Positions 1 through 11,392 are shown, counted from the first letter of the stretch. The stretch: 64,000 nucleotides of DNA from Spirochaetia bacterium (GCA_963662265.2 CAXXHA010000039.1:24598-88597); one strand, 5' to 3'. Made by a program: numbers and translations. Notes: generated from the sequence alone by a model not told the origin.

Positions 1-152
1 GCATGTGGATGACGGGATACTCTGGGAACCGTTGAAACTCAAGTGATTCAGTATCCTGGTAATAAGTAATTTTCTACAGCAGAGTTCTTTAAATAATACT
101 TTTTTAAATGCTTGAAAAATACAGTTCTCAACGTATTCAATCTTTCAATAAT

Positions 153-1184
153 TTATTCAAAAAGATATTTATATTTTCCGTAACCTTCTTTTTCAAGATC
201 CTCTTTCGGTATAAACCTGAGAGCCGCAGAATTGATACAGTATCTCATCCCTGTTGGTTCAGGCCCGTCGGAAAACATGTGTCCGAGGTGGGAGTCTGCA
301 TGTTTGCTTCTTACCTCCGCATACTTGCCGAACAATGATTTTTCCTCTTTGTAGATAATATTATCGCTCTCAAGCGGTTCCCAGAAACTGGGCCAGCCTG
401 TGCCTGAATCATATTTCTGAGCTGATGAAAAGAGCGGTTCTCCGCTGATTATATCCACATATATCCCCTCTTTCTTGTTGTCCCAGTATTTGTTCTGAAA
501 TGGGGGTTCTGTGTCGTTTTTTCTTGTTACGCTGTACTGGAGGGGGGTAAGACATGCCTCAAGCTCATTATCAGGTTTTATCTTGTATTCACCTGAATTG
601 TCTCCCCACTTTTTTTTGAGGTAACTTTCCCTTCCTGATGCTTTTTTGTAGTTGTTGTATGATAATGAGTTTTTCCTGTAGTAATCCTGGTGTCTTTCCT
701 CGGCTGGGTAGAATTTTCTGAATTTGACAATTTCTGTCGCTATCGCATCGATAAATTTGCCAGAAGCCCTTATTTCCTCTTTCGATTTCTCTGCAGCTTT
801 CTTCTGCCTGTTGTCATGGTAGAAAATCGCTGTCCTGTACTGGCTTCCTCTGTCGTAAAACTGTCCCCCGCTGTCGACAGGGTCTATATTCATCCAGAAT
901 ACTTCGAGAAGCTTTTCATAGCTGATAATGTCGGGATCATAGGTTATCTGAACCGCTTCCGCATGCCCTGTAGTGCCTTTTGATACCTCTTTATATGTCG
1001 GGTTTTCTGTTGTCCCCCCTGTGTAGCCGGAAATAACACTTACAACCCCTTCCAGTTTTTCAAACGGAGGCTCCATACACCAGAAGCAGCCCCCGGCAAA
1101 GGTTGCTGTTTTCATTCCCCTGGCGCTTAAACTGCCTGCAGAAGCTGCCAGGACTATAAATAATATCAGTATTTTATTTATCAT
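153..1184 (-). CDS. msrAB: Bifunctional peptide methionine sulfoxide reductase MsrA/MsrB with signal peptide
   Basis: MsrA motif [10 protein letters not shown] and AEERHQDYY; MsrB motifs [23 protein letters not shown]; N-terminal signal peptide. Confidence 0.95.
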   Translation of the reverse strand: MINKILILFIVLAASAGSLSARGMKTATFAGGCFWCMEPPFEKLEGVVSVISGYTGGTTENPTYKEVSKGTTGHAEAVQITYDPDIISYEKLLEVFWMNIDPVDSGGQFYDRGSQYRTAIFYHDNRQKKAAEKSKEEIRASGKFIDAIATEIVKFRKFYPAEERHQDYYRKNSLSYNNYKKASGRESYLKKKWGDNSGEYKIKPDNELEACLTPLQYSVTRKNDTEPPFQNKYWDNKKEGIYVDIISGEPLFSSAQKYDSGTGWPSFWEPLESDNIIYKEEKSLFGKYAEVRSKHADSHLGHMFSDGPEPTGMRYCINSAALRFIPKEDLEKEGYGKYKYLFE

Positions 1185-1379
1185 ATTTTCCTCCTGTCCT
1201 CTTTTATCAAAATCTCAGAACCAGGTATTAGGCTGGACTTTGATAAATAGTAGACTCTAATATAAATATAATAATAAAATAGATGAAAAGTTACTAAAAA
1301 ACATATTTTTACCGCAAGTCTTTTGTTTTGGAATCCAAATGAAGAGGTCCAGAAAGCTGTAAGATTTTTATCTGAAGTT

Positions 1380-1799
1380 TTATACAGTGTTATTCAATAT
1401 TTCCGGGGTTTCTGCAATTTTCCTGCATACAGGGATATCTGCAGGAGCGAAATTGTAAGAGGTGAAATTTTCAGGGTATATCCATTCATACATGTCATGG
1501 ACAGTTAATTTAATTTTTCCGGACCTTATAAACGCAGATACTGCTGTCAGGTGGATATCGAAACCGGGGCAGGAAAAGACTGATTCTGAAATAATCCTGC
1601 CTGTATTTATGCTGAGACTAAGTTCTTCCTTAATTTCCCTTTCAATGCATTCAGGAACAGTTTCTCCCCCCTCTATTTTACCTCCCGGGAATTCCCAGAA
1701 ACCGCCCATATCCTCATCCCTGTTTCTTCTTGTTATGAGGATTTTCCCGTTTTCTGATATCACTGCTGCTGCAACTTTAATTATTTTCATATAATTCAA
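1380..1799 (-). CDS. Nudix hydrolase, MutT/NudG-like
   Basis: WEFPGGKIEGGETVPECIEREIKEEL Nudix box; FAPAD C-terminal motif. Confidence 0.9.
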   Translation of the reverse strand: MNYMKIIKVAAAVISENGKILITRRNRDEDMGGFWEFPGGKIEGGETVPECIEREIKEELSLSINTGRIISESVFSCPGFDIHLTAVSAFIRSGKIKLTVHDMYEWIYPENFTSYNFAPADIPVCRKIAETPEILNNTV

Positions 1800-1852
1800 T
1801 ATTATAACACTGTAGGAATATTTGTCTCCCCAATACCGGGGAGATGATAATA

Positions 1853-3100
1853 TTATGATTCCGGCTGAGAAAGTATTTCCTCATCGCTGCTTCCGCAGGA
1901 ACTGCAGTATGGAAGAAGCGCGTGCCTTTTATTTCCGCATTTATTGCATATTCTTACAAGTTCAAGACCGCATACAGGACAGTTGTTGCTTCTGAACTGG
2001 TCGGGGTCAGGAATTTTTTTGTCTGTTGAAGCTGTGTAAATATTCATGAACAGGAAAAGAATAATCCATGGGAAAATTATCAGAAAAATTGAATACATCA
2101 GCTCTGATGTTGTTATATCGTTGATATTGTCGAAAAATATTACTATTCCTGAACCGTTGCCCAGGAGAGCTGCACATATAATTATGAAAATAATAAATGA
2201 TCTGAATCTGCTTTTCCCCTTGAGGGCATTTTCCCTTTCCTGTATTGAGATAAAAGAGGAGCATCCGGGACATCTTCCTGCTCCCAGGTTCTTTTTAACT
2301 ATTGATAATGTTTCTTTTTTATTGATTTTTGTAAGGTTTCTTACAAGCCAAATAATGAGAGCTATACATGCCGCAATCCCTATGAATATAAATACGTAAT
2401 AATGAAGTTTGAAAGGGGAATGGATATAAATTGCCTGTGCAATCATCAGGGCTATTGCACCAGAATATCCTGTTACTGGATATATATATTTCGTTTTTTT
2501 GAATTTCAGGTAAAGAAATACTGCAATGCCTGCCAGAATAACAAGAAGAATAAGCTGGGATGCAAGTATTTTAAGATCAACTGCTTTTTCCCTTCTTTCC
2601 TGTATATCTATTACACTTTCTTCATACTTTTCATATATTTCTTCATGATATCTGTCTATTTCATCATCTGTTTCTGCTTCTTCCTTTCTGAAATCTGAAA
2701 TCTGTTTTTTTACCTGCTCCCTCTGTTTCTGAAGCTCGACAAAGTTTTTCTGGAAACTGCTTTTCAGTTTTCCTGTTTCGCTGTCAGGGCTTATTTTCTG
2801 TCCCTCGAGAAGCTGTTTAAGCGTCTGTTCTATATCTTTTATGCTTTCTTCGATATTGTACAAATTATCTTCAGCATCGGAGATTCTGCTGCTGATTTCA
2901 TATGATTTATCTTTGAGAATTTCAAGCCTTTCTTTTTCACTGTCTGTCTTCTGCTCTTCAAGAATATCCTCGAAATCAGGATATTCAAACATGTCTGAAA
3001 TATCATTTAAAGCTATTTCTCCGAAAGAAAATACAAATACAGCAAGTACTATGCTTATGATCTTGATCCAGTTGTTTACACTTGATTTTATGATATTCAT
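1853..3100 (-). CDS. Membrane protein with coiled coil and C-terminal zinc ribbons
   Basis: N-terminal TM, long E/K-rich coiled coil, several TM segments, CPGC and CPVC..CNKC..CSSC motifs; GGAG RBS. Confidence 0.7.
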   Translation of the reverse strand: MNIIKSSVNNWIKIISIVLAVFVFSFGEIALNDISDMFEYPDFEDILEEQKTDSEKERLEILKDKSYEISSRISDAEDNLYNIEESIKDIEQTLKQLLEGQKISPDSETGKLKSSFQKNFVELQKQREQVKKQISDFRKEEAETDDEIDRYHEEIYEKYEESVIDIQERREKAVDLKILASQLILLVILAGIAVFLYLKFKKTKYIYPVTGYSGAIALMIAQAIYIHSPFKLHYYVFIFIGIAACIALIIWLVRNLTKINKKETLSIVKKNLGAGRCPGCSSFISIQERENALKGKSRFRSFIIFIIICAALLGNGSGIVIFFDNINDITTSELMYSIFLIIFPWIILFLFMNIYTASTDKKIPDPDQFRSNNCPVCGLELVRICNKCGNKRHALLPYCSSCGSSDEEILSQPES

Positions 3101-3177
3101 TTTTACCTCTCCAAATTTGCAGGGATTATATCATTTTATTATGCGGGCTTAATAATTCAAGACATTTATTTGAATTT

Positions 3178-3193
3178 CGTAACATTTGTTACG
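3178..3193. promoter_or_regulatory. Palindromic candidate operator CGTAACA-TT-TGTTACG
   Basis: Perfect 7-bp arms located between divergent genes. Confidence 0.4.
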
Positions 3194-3253
3194 GAAAAAC
3201 AGGTATTGAGGATATATATTTCACATAAACAGTATTTATAAGGAGATAAAATT

Positions 3254-3595
3254 ATGAATATAAAAAAATATGCTGATGTTCGGCCGATGGAAGGGGGGCA
3301 GAATATTGATGTACGAAATCTGTATGATTCAGATGAGGCTCTTATCAATGTCATAACACTCAAACCTGGAGAAAGGCTCAGGAGGCATATTACGCCGGTT
3401 GATGTCTGTTTTTATGTTATTGAGGGAACCGGAACTGTTGAAATAGGGGATGAAAAAAAAGAGGTTGAAAAAGATACTCTTATTGAAAGTCCGGGAAAAA
3501 TACTTCACTGCTGGTATAATACTTCTGAGAAGCTTCTCCGGTTCCTGGTTATAAAGACACCGAAGCCAACCGAAAAAACAGTGTTTCTTGACTGA
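3254..3595 (+). CDS. Cupin domain protein
   Basis: LKPGE..H..P.DVCFYVIEGTG..GDE..ESP...H.WYN cupin pattern; AGGAG RBS. Confidence 0.85.
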   Translation: MNIKKYADVRPMEGGQNIDVRNLYDSDEALINVITLKPGERLRRHITPVDVCFYVIEGTGTVEIGDEKKEVEKDTLIESPGKILHCWYNTSEKLLRFLVIKTPKPTEKTVFLD

Positions 3596-3690
3596 TAACA
3601 GGAGTTTCTTATAGGTGGAAATTATTGTTCCCCGCTGGTATAATTTCTGTGTAAAGTGATTCCAGGGGGAACAGGAAAGCTTAGTAATAA

Positions 3691-4110
3691 TTATTTTATG
3701 CTTATATTCTGAATGTAATTTTCCGCCTGCTTCAGTACATTTTTGTCTCTTCTATATGTGAGTTTTTCCATGCAGTCACTGTATTCAAGCCATGTATAGC
3801 CGCTTATTTCCTCTTCCTGTATTATTACTTCCGGGCTGACCGGTTCTGCAAGAAAATAGGTCACATATTTTGTATTCCCGTTATCTTTTTTATAGGCTGT
3901 TTCGGCAGAAAACCCTTTTATGAGTTCAATTTCTAGACCTGTCTCTTCCCTGATTTCCCTGAGTGCAGTTTCCTCGAGTGTTTCCCCCTCTTCCCTGTGT
4001 CCTTTGGGAAATCCCCAGTAGTTTCCCCCCCTGTTCCGGATAAGAAGAATTTTGTTTGATGATCCATTTTTGTTAACTACAAGTGCGCCGCATGATGTTT
4101 CTGTTGCCAT
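3691..4110 (-). CDS. Nudix hydrolase (Ap4A hydrolase-like)
   Basis: ETSCGA..WGFPKGHREEGETLEETALREIREETGL..K.VTYFLA. Confidence 0.88.
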   Translation of the reverse strand: MATETSCGALVVNKNGSSNKILLIRNRGGNYWGFPKGHREEGETLEETALREIREETGLEIELIKGFSAETAYKKDNGNTKYVTYFLAEPVSPEVIIQEEEISGYTWLEYSDCMEKLTYRRDKNVLKQAENYIQNISIK

Positions 4111-4204
4111 AATTTTCTCCCTGAAGGTAATAATAGCATAAAAATATTTATTTTATTTTTGTTTCTGAAAATTTTTTGTACTACAATATAAGTGGAGGAA
4201 GAAT

Positions 4205-4438
4205 ATGATAAAAGGTAAGCAAAAAATAATCCTTTTTGATGTTATTTATACCGCTTTTATTCTTGCTCTCCTGATTGATCTCTTTCAAAGCGGTACGGTT
4301 AATATTGGATATGATGCAGTAATTCTTACTCTATCACTTACAACAGCCATGCTTATCGTATTGATGATTCTCAAAGAACAGCAGTTTTTCAAAAACAGAA
4401 TATTCCATTCAGATTTTCTTAAAAAACTGTTCAGGTAG
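4205..4438 (+). CDS. Small membrane protein
   Basis: GGAGG RBS, two hydrophobic helices. Confidence 0.55.
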   Translation: MIKGKQKIILFDVIYTAFILALLIDLFQSGTVNIGYDAVILTLSLTTAMLIVLMILKEQQFFKNRIFHSDFLKKLFR

Positions 4439-4567
4439 AATCATGCCGTGAAAATAATATCATGATTCTCAGAATATAATCCAGGCGTTTCCCATTCCTG
4501 TTTGCGGGAGATGATATTTGAATTTAATAAAAAATAAATTACATCTGAAAAGTTTTTGGGGATAATT

Positions 4568-6247
4568 ATGTCGTTAAAACTGAATTTAAAAATTATGATT
4601 ACAACTGTTGTTACATCATTTTTTCTTTTTACAGGCCTTTCTGTTTATCAGTACAGTGAGAACAGGAAAAACCTTTACAGGAATTTCGATGTTAATACTG
4701 AAATAATTATAGACAGACTTCCTGTTTCGCTTGTTTTTCCCATGCATGAATCACACAGGGAACAGATCGAATTTGTTGTCAGCAGTTTAAGAAATATACC
4801 TTATGTTGAAAGGGTTGTTCTGGATATAGATGAAAAGAATGTATATGATTTTAAAAATAAAAATTTTGATAAGTTTCCTGAAAAAGACCTGGTTATCAAG
4901 GATCGTAAAATATCATTTGATGATAATATCAACGACCCTGTAGATCTCGGTAATATACAGCTTACATTTTCAACATTCCATATCAGGAAAGAACTGTTCA
5001 GAGAATTTGTCAGTTCTCTTCTGTTTAATTATCTGGTAGCCCTGATTGTTGTTGTTCTTAACGATCTTGTCATAAGCAGGATTGTTGTGCGCCCGATAAA
5101 AAAGACTATTTCCATGCTTAAGAATATTGTTGAAGGAGAGGGGGATCTTACAAAAAGGCTTTCTTCCGATTCAAGAGATGAAATAGGCGAGCTTGTAAAT
5201 TATTTCAATATTTTTACCGAATCTTTGCGGAAAACTGTCTCAAGCATCCGTGATTCGTTTGATAAAACACTTCTTGTTAAAAATGAACTGGGCACAAACA
5301 CAGAGGAAACTGTCGCGGCAGTTACACAGATGTCTGCAAATATCAATTCAGCTGCCCAGCAGGTTAAGGGGCTGTCTAAATCGGTCGAAAAATCTTCTTC
5401 ATCTGTTACAACCATAGAAGAAAACATCGGAAAAATGACACTTAACATAAAAAAGCAGGCGGAAATTCTGTCAGAAACTTCTGCAGGTATAAATGATTTT
5501 ATTGCATCTGTACGTAATATTTCGGAATTAACTGCGACAAAAAAGAATTCCACAGATCTTCTTGTCGGTACCGCATCAGACGGCGGCGAAAAACTTAATG
5601 CGTCTACCGAAATAATATTTCAGATAGAAAAAAATATAGACCAGATACGTGAAATACTGAATATTATTGATAATATTTCGGATCAGACAAATCTTCTCTC
5701 AATGAATGCTGCAATAGAAGCAGCCCATGCCGGGGATGCTGGAAGGGGTTTTGCTGTCGTGGCAGGCGAGATAAGAAAACTGGCATCCACTTCCGATAAG
5801 AATTCAAAAGAAATAAGTACAATTCTTTCCGGTATAATTCAGGATATCAATGATGCATCATCGTTAAGCGGCAAGACAAATAATGCTTTCAGGCAGATCG
5901 ACTCTGAAGTCAGGATGGTTTCATCTTCTTTTGAAGAGATATCAAATACCATGAATAAGATGGCATCAGAGACTCATCATATTTTAAATACACTGGGAGA
6001 ACTTTCCTCTGTTTCCGATGAAGTGCTTAAAAGCACAGAAGTCATGGAGAGTTCCTCTTCAGAACTGATAAACCAGATCAGGCAGGTTGAAGAAATTTCA
6101 GATACTGTACTTCAGGCAATGAATGAAATATCGACCGGTACCTCGGAAATAAACAAGGCAATGGTCAATGTTACTGAAATGAACAGTAATCTTGAAGTGA
6201 CATGCGGCAATCTGGAAAATGAAGTGTGTAAATTTAAAATAGAATAA
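4568..6247 (+). CDS. Methyl-accepting chemotaxis protein
   Basis: Two TM segments, HAMP ([15 protein letters not shown]), signalling hairpin [34 protein letters not shown]. Confidence 0.95.
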   Translation: MSLKLNLKIMITTVVTSFFLFTGLSVYQYSENRKNLYRNFDVNTEIIIDRLPVSLVFPMHESHREQIEFVVSSLRNIPYVERVVLDIDEKNVYDFKNKNFDKFPEKDLVIKDRKISFDDNINDPVDLGNIQLTFSTFHIRKELFREFVSSLLFNYLVALIVVVLNDLVISRIVVRPIKKTISMLKNIVEGEGDLTKRLSSDSRDEIGELVNYFNIFTESLRKTVSSIRDSFDKTLLVKNELGTNTEETVAAVTQMSANINSAAQQVKGLSKSVEKSSSSVTTIEENIGKMTLNIKKQAEILSETSAGINDFIASVRNISELTATKKNSTDLLVGTASDGGEKLNASTEIIFQIEKNIDQIREILNIIDNISDQTNLLSMNAAIEAAHAGDAGRGFAVVAGEIRKLASTSDKNSKEISTILSGIIQDINDASSLSGKTNNAFRQIDSEVRMVSSSFEEISNTMNKMASETHHILNTLGELSSVSDEVLKSTEVMESSSSELINQIRQVEEISDTVLQAMNEISTGTSEINKAMVNVTEMNSNLEVTCGNLENEVCKFKIE

Positions 6248-6260
6248 AAGGCCTGTTATC

Positions 6261-6608
6261 TCAGACCGTAATTATTTCATATCCCTTTTCAATATAGGAT
6301 GAAATTGACGGATGCCCGTAAAGATCATTTCCGATCGGAAGCCCCTCTTTTTTTGCATCCTCAAGAGTTCCCATCTTGTGGGCGCATGCCTGGCATACTG
6401 CATCAATTACCCCTTTTTCCTTGAGGTTTATGTATAATTTCTGAAACGGATTTTTATCAGTCCCAAGAACAGGTATCAGTTTCGTAGAGCTTCCTTCAAT
6501 AATGATTTTCACATCATATCCTTTATTAATCATATCCTCTGCATTGAAAAGTATATGGGCGAAACACATCATTTCTCCGGTAAATCCGAAATAGGCGATT
6601 TTTTTCAT
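6261..6608 (-). CDS. DsrE family protein
   Basis: VKIIIEG..AVCQACA..GHPS...YIEKGYEIIT; start taken at the ATG after the GAGG RBS. Confidence 0.7.
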   Translation of the reverse strand: MKKIAYFGFTGEMMCFAHILFNAEDMINKGYDVKIIIEGSSTKLIPVLGTDKNPFQKLYINLKEKGVIDAVCQACAHKMGTLEDAKKEGLPIGNDLYGHPSISSYIEKGYEIITV

Positions 6609-6767
6609 ATTTTTAACTCCTCTCATTTAAGATATATAATATAGGATTTATAAGATAAAGTGTATGAGGAAATTTGAAAATATCCGGAAATGCAGAAATA
6701 CAAAGCATTAAAAAAAGTTACTGATATCCATGTTTAAAGATACTCAATAATTTTACTGCTTTCATGA

Positions 6768-8552
6768 TTATTCAGTTTTTAAAGAAAAAATATTCAGCTG
6801 ATTCTTTTTACCCCTGATCTGAACACTTCCGAGATTTTCTGTTGGGTAATTATCTGATAAAGCTTCTGCCACATCTTCGCTGAATAATACAGGCTTATTG
6901 TATTCTTTTGTAAGGTGCTCAAGTCTTGATGCTGTGTTTACTGTATCTGAAATTACCGTGCTTTCGATTCTTTCGTTTTCACCGATTATCCCGAGCATTG
7001 TTTTACCTGTGTGAATCCCTATTCCTGCCTTGATTTCAGGGAAGTTTTTATGCTTTTCATTATGAATGATAATTGTTTCCTGTATCTCAATTGCTGCTTC
7101 AACTGCATTCCCGGGATTGTCGGGAAACAGCGCCATTATTGCGTCTCCTATATATTTGTCAATAAATCCGTTGTGTTTTCTTATTACAGGTCCGATCTGG
7201 TTCAGATAACTGTTAAGATAGTTGAATATTTCCTGGGGTTCCATTTTTTCACTTATTGCTGTAAATGATCTTATATCGCTGAAGAGTACAGTTATTTTTT
7301 TTTCTATCTGGTCACCAAGTTTTATCTGTGTAATATCTTCCTTGGATAAAAATTTTAAAAATTCTTCAGGAACAAATTTTCTGAAAATAATATTCTGATC
7401 CTTAATTCTTTTATCCTGCCTGAGGTAGGATGTTACCGGGACAAGCGCTATGAATGAATAAAACAGAAGAAGTCCTGTGTTGAATACTATATCTGTCACA
7501 AAAGCTCCAAAGACAAATTCCAGCTGGGATAAATATGTAACAGCAAGTGTAATGAATGCAAGTCTGAAATATTTTGAAGGATATATATTTTTGATTTCAA
7601 TAGACATGTGAAGCCATATAATCAGGTATTCAATTCCCGGATAAACAAAGGAAATTACTTCTCTGAGAGGCAGCAGTATTCCTGCAATGTTACAGATGAA
7701 ATTCAGTATGATAATTATTATGTTGCCGGAAATGAGTATTTTAAAAATAGTAAGCCATGATTTTTCAAAAACCGCTATGTAAAGAAGAAGAATCAGCAGA
7801 GAAAGACTGTCAAACGCAATCATTTCTATTGTTTCCTTGAGCAGGGGAATTACAGGAATAAAAGTGGGTATAATATCTGTAGACAATAAATGGAAAACAG
7901 ACAACAGGATTGAGAACAGGGAAAACAGTAATATGTAAATGTAGTTTCTGTTCCTGCTGATGAAATAAAAAATTATTCCAAGCAGCCCGATTACCATTAT
8001 GCTTAAAGATACAACAAAATCCAATCCTTCATTTATAAACGGATATAAGGCAAATTTTCCCGGGTTTTTTCTGTGGATTTCTGTATCTGTAATATAAATA
8101 GTAAATGAACCGTATATTGAAGTATTTGATCTTATCAGTACAGTATCTCCTGACTCATATCCTGTAAGGGGAATAAAGCTGTATTTGAATTTATTAATAT
8201 CATTTTTATCTGAATAGTGTTTTACACCGTTCAGATCTGTTTCAAACCAGTGTCCGTGAAGCTGCAGAACAAGCATCGGATTTTCTATTTTATAACTGTT
8301 ATCCTCCCCGATTAAAGTAAAATCCGGAATTTTCAGTCTTATAAAGAAGCTGTCATTCTCTGCAAAATCACTGGAATCTGCTTCTTCAAAAACTGTCCAT
8401 CCCCCTTTTTCTGTATAACCGGGCTGTGGATTAAAAGACAACTCATATTCATCTTCATCAAATTCCCATGATTCAAGAAACTGTATAAATTCCAGGGTAT
8501 ATATATTCTGAATTACCGCAGTAAGGAACAGAAACAGAAATATTTTTTTCAT
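6768..8552 (-). CDS. Membrane-bound class III adenylate/guanylate cyclase
   Basis: Signal peptide, about 7 TM segments, TVLFSDIRSFT, IDKYIGDAIMA, GIGIHTG, SDTVNTASRLE. Confidence 0.92.
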   Translation of the reverse strand: MKKIFLFLFLTAVIQNIYTLEFIQFLESWEFDEDEYELSFNPQPGYTEKGGWTVFEEADSSDFAENDSFFIRLKIPDFTLIGEDNSYKIENPMLVLQLHGHWFETDLNGVKHYSDKNDINKFKYSFIPLTGYESGDTVLIRSNTSIYGSFTIYITDTEIHRKNPGKFALYPFINEGLDFVVSLSIMVIGLLGIIFYFISRNRNYIYILLFSLFSILLSVFHLLSTDIIPTFIPVIPLLKETIEMIAFDSLSLLILLLYIAVFEKSWLTIFKILISGNIIIIILNFICNIAGILLPLREVISFVYPGIEYLIIWLHMSIEIKNIYPSKYFRLAFITLAVTYLSQLEFVFGAFVTDIVFNTGLLLFYSFIALVPVTSYLRQDKRIKDQNIIFRKFVPEEFLKFLSKEDITQIKLGDQIEKKITVLFSDIRSFTAISEKMEPQEIFNYLNSYLNQIGPVIRKHNGFIDKYIGDAIMALFPDNPGNAVEAAIEIQETIIIHNEKHKNFPEIKAGIGIHTGKTMLGIIGENERIESTVISDTVNTASRLEHLTKEYNKPVLFSEDVAEALSDNYPTENLGSVQIRGKKNQLNIFSLKTE

Positions 8553-8984
8553 GAGTATAATTCTAATTCCCTGGAAAGCATTTTTCCATTGATAAGCAAT
8601 AATATTTACGGAACTGAAAATCATCCCAGTCATTGCTTTTGAGATGGGAAATAAATATCTGTCAATAGACGATGTTTGCAGGGGTAGCCTTTAGTGTCTT
8701 CATGTCTGTAAATAATACAACTTGCCGGAGATTGTTTCTTTATTCATGACAAATGATAAATCACCTGATCTGTGATATATTATAAGGGAATCGTTTAAAC
8801 TATGTTTTTTTGCATTATTATATTCCGGTTCGGATTATAGACTTCTGTGTGATAATAATTCCTGTCTCTACATGATGGCTGGCAAGGTAGCCGGGGGTAA
8901 AGGCAAATCAATTCATTATTATATAAGACTAAGCAACTATGCAGAAGCTGAAAAAATACAGCCGCTGGAAAGGAGGGTTATATC

Positions 8985-9683
8985 ATGGATACAGGTAAAG
9001 CAGTGATTGATATAGAATTTTCTGAAGAACTGAAAAAACAATACAGTAATGCCTCTATAGGTATTTTGCTTTTAAATAATATTACTAATAACGACCCCGG
9101 AGACAGGCTTGGAAAAGTGAAGTCAGAAGTTGAAGCCTCCCTGATCAGCCGGTATTCAGATATGGAAAGGGATGAAATAAGTAAAAATCCGGTTCTTTCG
9201 GCATACCGTGAATATTACAGGAAGTTCAAAAAAACATACCACCTGCTTCTCCAGCTTGAATCTGTGGCCAGGAAAGGAAGGGGGTTTCCTTCTGTAAATC
9301 CGCTTGTTGATTCATGTTTTGTCGCGGAAATGAAGACACTTGTTTTAACGGCAGGGCATGATGCAGATCTTCTTTCAGGAACTGTTGTTTTTGATATAAG
9401 CACTTCCCGTGATGAATTTCCACAGATAAACGGCAGGAGCATTGTTCTCAAAGCTGATGATATGATAATGAAAAGTGGCGGTAGAAATGTCTGTTCAGTC
9501 ATCTACGGTCAGGACAACAGCACTGTACTCAGCCGGGAGACTGTAAATGCGTTGTATGTATCATATGCTCCTGAAGGGGTGGATGAAAGCATTGTAAGTG
9601 AGAACCTGGATTTTATCGAATACTGCGTCAGCCTTTTTTCCCCTTTATCAGAGACTTTACAGAAAAATGTTTACAGGTTTTAA
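8985..9683 (+). CDS. B3/4 domain protein (PheT-like tRNA editing domain)
   Basis: L.AYREYYRKFKKTYHLLLQLES, PSVNPLVD, AGHDAD; GGAGG RBS. Confidence 0.8.
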   Translation: MDTGKAVIDIEFSEELKKQYSNASIGILLLNNITNNDPGDRLGKVKSEVEASLISRYSDMERDEISKNPVLSAYREYYRKFKKTYHLLLQLESVARKGRGFPSVNPLVDSCFVAEMKTLVLTAGHDADLLSGTVVFDISTSRDEFPQINGRSIVLKADDMIMKSGGRNVCSVIYGQDNSTVLSRETVNALYVSYAPEGVDESIVSENLDFIEYCVSLFSPLSETLQKNVYRF

Positions 9684-9687
9684 AAAA

Positions 9688-10317
9688 TTACCTGTCTCTT
9701 GAAATCAGATTACCAAACTCATTTTCAGCTGTTTCTGTCATATAGGGTTTAAGTATCATCAGGTAATTCAGATATCCTTCAGAGACACTCTCATCAGTTA
9801 TTTCCCTGTTGTCTGATTTCAGAAAACTTGTCCTGAAATCGCTTATTATCCAGAGGACTTCAGAGATATATCTGTATTCATCCGAAGAGGTGAATCCTTT
9901 TTTCAGAAACCCTTTTCCCTCCATGTTTTTAAAAAGAAGCATTAATATTTCTTTTTTTGATATGAAATTCTCAAAATATATTTTCTTAAGCTCCCGGTCA
10001 CGGTCAAGCAGTATTGAAATTTCTGTATAGAAAAACCTGTATTTATAGTAGAGCCGGAACAGGTTTCTGAGGTTTTCTTCAATATCGCTGAAACTTTCAA
10101 TTTCATAAAAACCGCTAATTACTGATGAGAATTCTTCAGTAATCAGGTTGAATACGTCCCTGATTATCTGCTCCTTGTTCCTGTAGTGGTAATAGAATGT
10201 TCCGGGGCTGATTTTCAGCTTATCAATTATATGGTTTGTAGTGATACTGTGAGACCCCTTTTCATTGAAAAGTGAAACTGCCGTGTCTGTTATCCTTTTT
10301 TTCATGTTCTTTTTCAT
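9688..10317 (-). CDS. TetR/AcrR family regulator
   Basis: A..LFNEKG...ITTNHI...ISPGTFYYHYRNKE HTH. Confidence 0.92.
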   Translation of the reverse strand: MKKNMKKRITDTAVSLFNEKGSHSITTNHIIDKLKISPGTFYYHYRNKEQIIRDVFNLITEEFSSVISGFYEIESFSDIEENLRNLFRLYYKYRFFYTEISILLDRDRELKKIYFENFISKKEILMLLFKNMEGKGFLKKGFTSSDEYRYISEVLWIISDFRTSFLKSDNREITDESVSEGYLNYLMILKPYMTETAENEFGNLISRDR

Positions 10318-10328
10318 ATGTTGAAATA

Positions 10329-11392
10329 TTACCTGTAAACAATTATATCATCAATAGATATTCTTCTGCTTGAAGGCTCTGGGTATTTTTTTACATATCC
10401 TGTTCTCAGTATAAGCTGGACCTTCTCATCATCTGCTGTCCTTCTCAAGCTGCTTATATCAATCATTCTCTCCTGAACAGCCTGGTTCATCGGGTGCACT
10501 GCAATATTCATGCCTGTGCATTTCAGCCAGAAACGCTGCATCAGCCTGCCTGCTTTTATTAGGCTTTCTTCTGAATCATCTCTTGAAGTGATAACTGTGA
10601 ATCCTGCACAGTTGTCAAGCTGCTTTTTGAAAACACCTTCTGTCTTGTTTCTGAATGATTTTTTCATGGCAGTTTTTTCATTGAAGAAAAGATAGATTAT
10701 ATTTTTCATCAGCCCTCTGAACCCCATCATCTCAGGTGTTATCCCGTCCGGAGAACTGTTTCTCTCTTTTTTGAAAACCTCATCCACTCAGACAATTCTT
10801 TCTGCTTCCTGTCATTATCTGTCTGAAGAACAGCAGCCTCAATAGTCTTATTCCTGATATAATTCCCCTCAGTGCTTTTACGGGGATAGAAATAAAGTGA
10901 TCCGCTGCTGTATGAGAGTATCTGTTTCAAGTCATTTTCCCTGATTTCATTTTTCCTGAATTTGCTTCTTATTGTGCCTCTTTTTTTTAGGAGTTCAGAT
11001 ATTCCGGTATCTTGTTTACTGCATGGAGTAAACTTTATTTCTGTAATCATACCGCTCTCTTCTGTTTTCAGAATTTCGGCTGACAGTGAGAATTCTCCGG
11101 AAACGGAAATTATATTTTCTATCAGGGCTCCAATACTCATATAAGCTTCTCTGTTTTTAGGATCTGTTTCTCTAAGCAGTCTTGACTCATCAAGCATGAT
11201 GCCGATTCTCATATCGCCCCGGTAACAGATTTTCCACATCTGGGCATTGTGGGAGCTTGGAGCCCGCAGTGAAAGCTGAAGCAGCTTTTTCAGGTTTTCT
11301 GGGATTACTGCCCGGTTTTCCAGCCCGGATATAGAATTTGCATAAACCAGCGCTGCCGCAAGCATGGCAAAAGATAAAATATTTCTTTTCAT
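10329..11392 (-). pseudogene. Acg-type nitroreductase family protein split by a 1-nt frameshift
   Basis: APSSHNAQMW motif in the 5' ORF; AGRLMQRFWL..AVHPMNQ..QLILRTGY in the 3' ORF; adding one A to the run at 10767-10772 joins them (WMRFSKKERNSSPDG). Confidence 0.8.

Noticed and set aside
8860-9006. c-di-GMP-I riboswitch (GGCAAA) or 44-aa ORF upstream of the B3/4 gene
   Set aside because: No GAAA tetraloop stem or GACGCAAAGC core; the ORF has no RBS or recognisable motif
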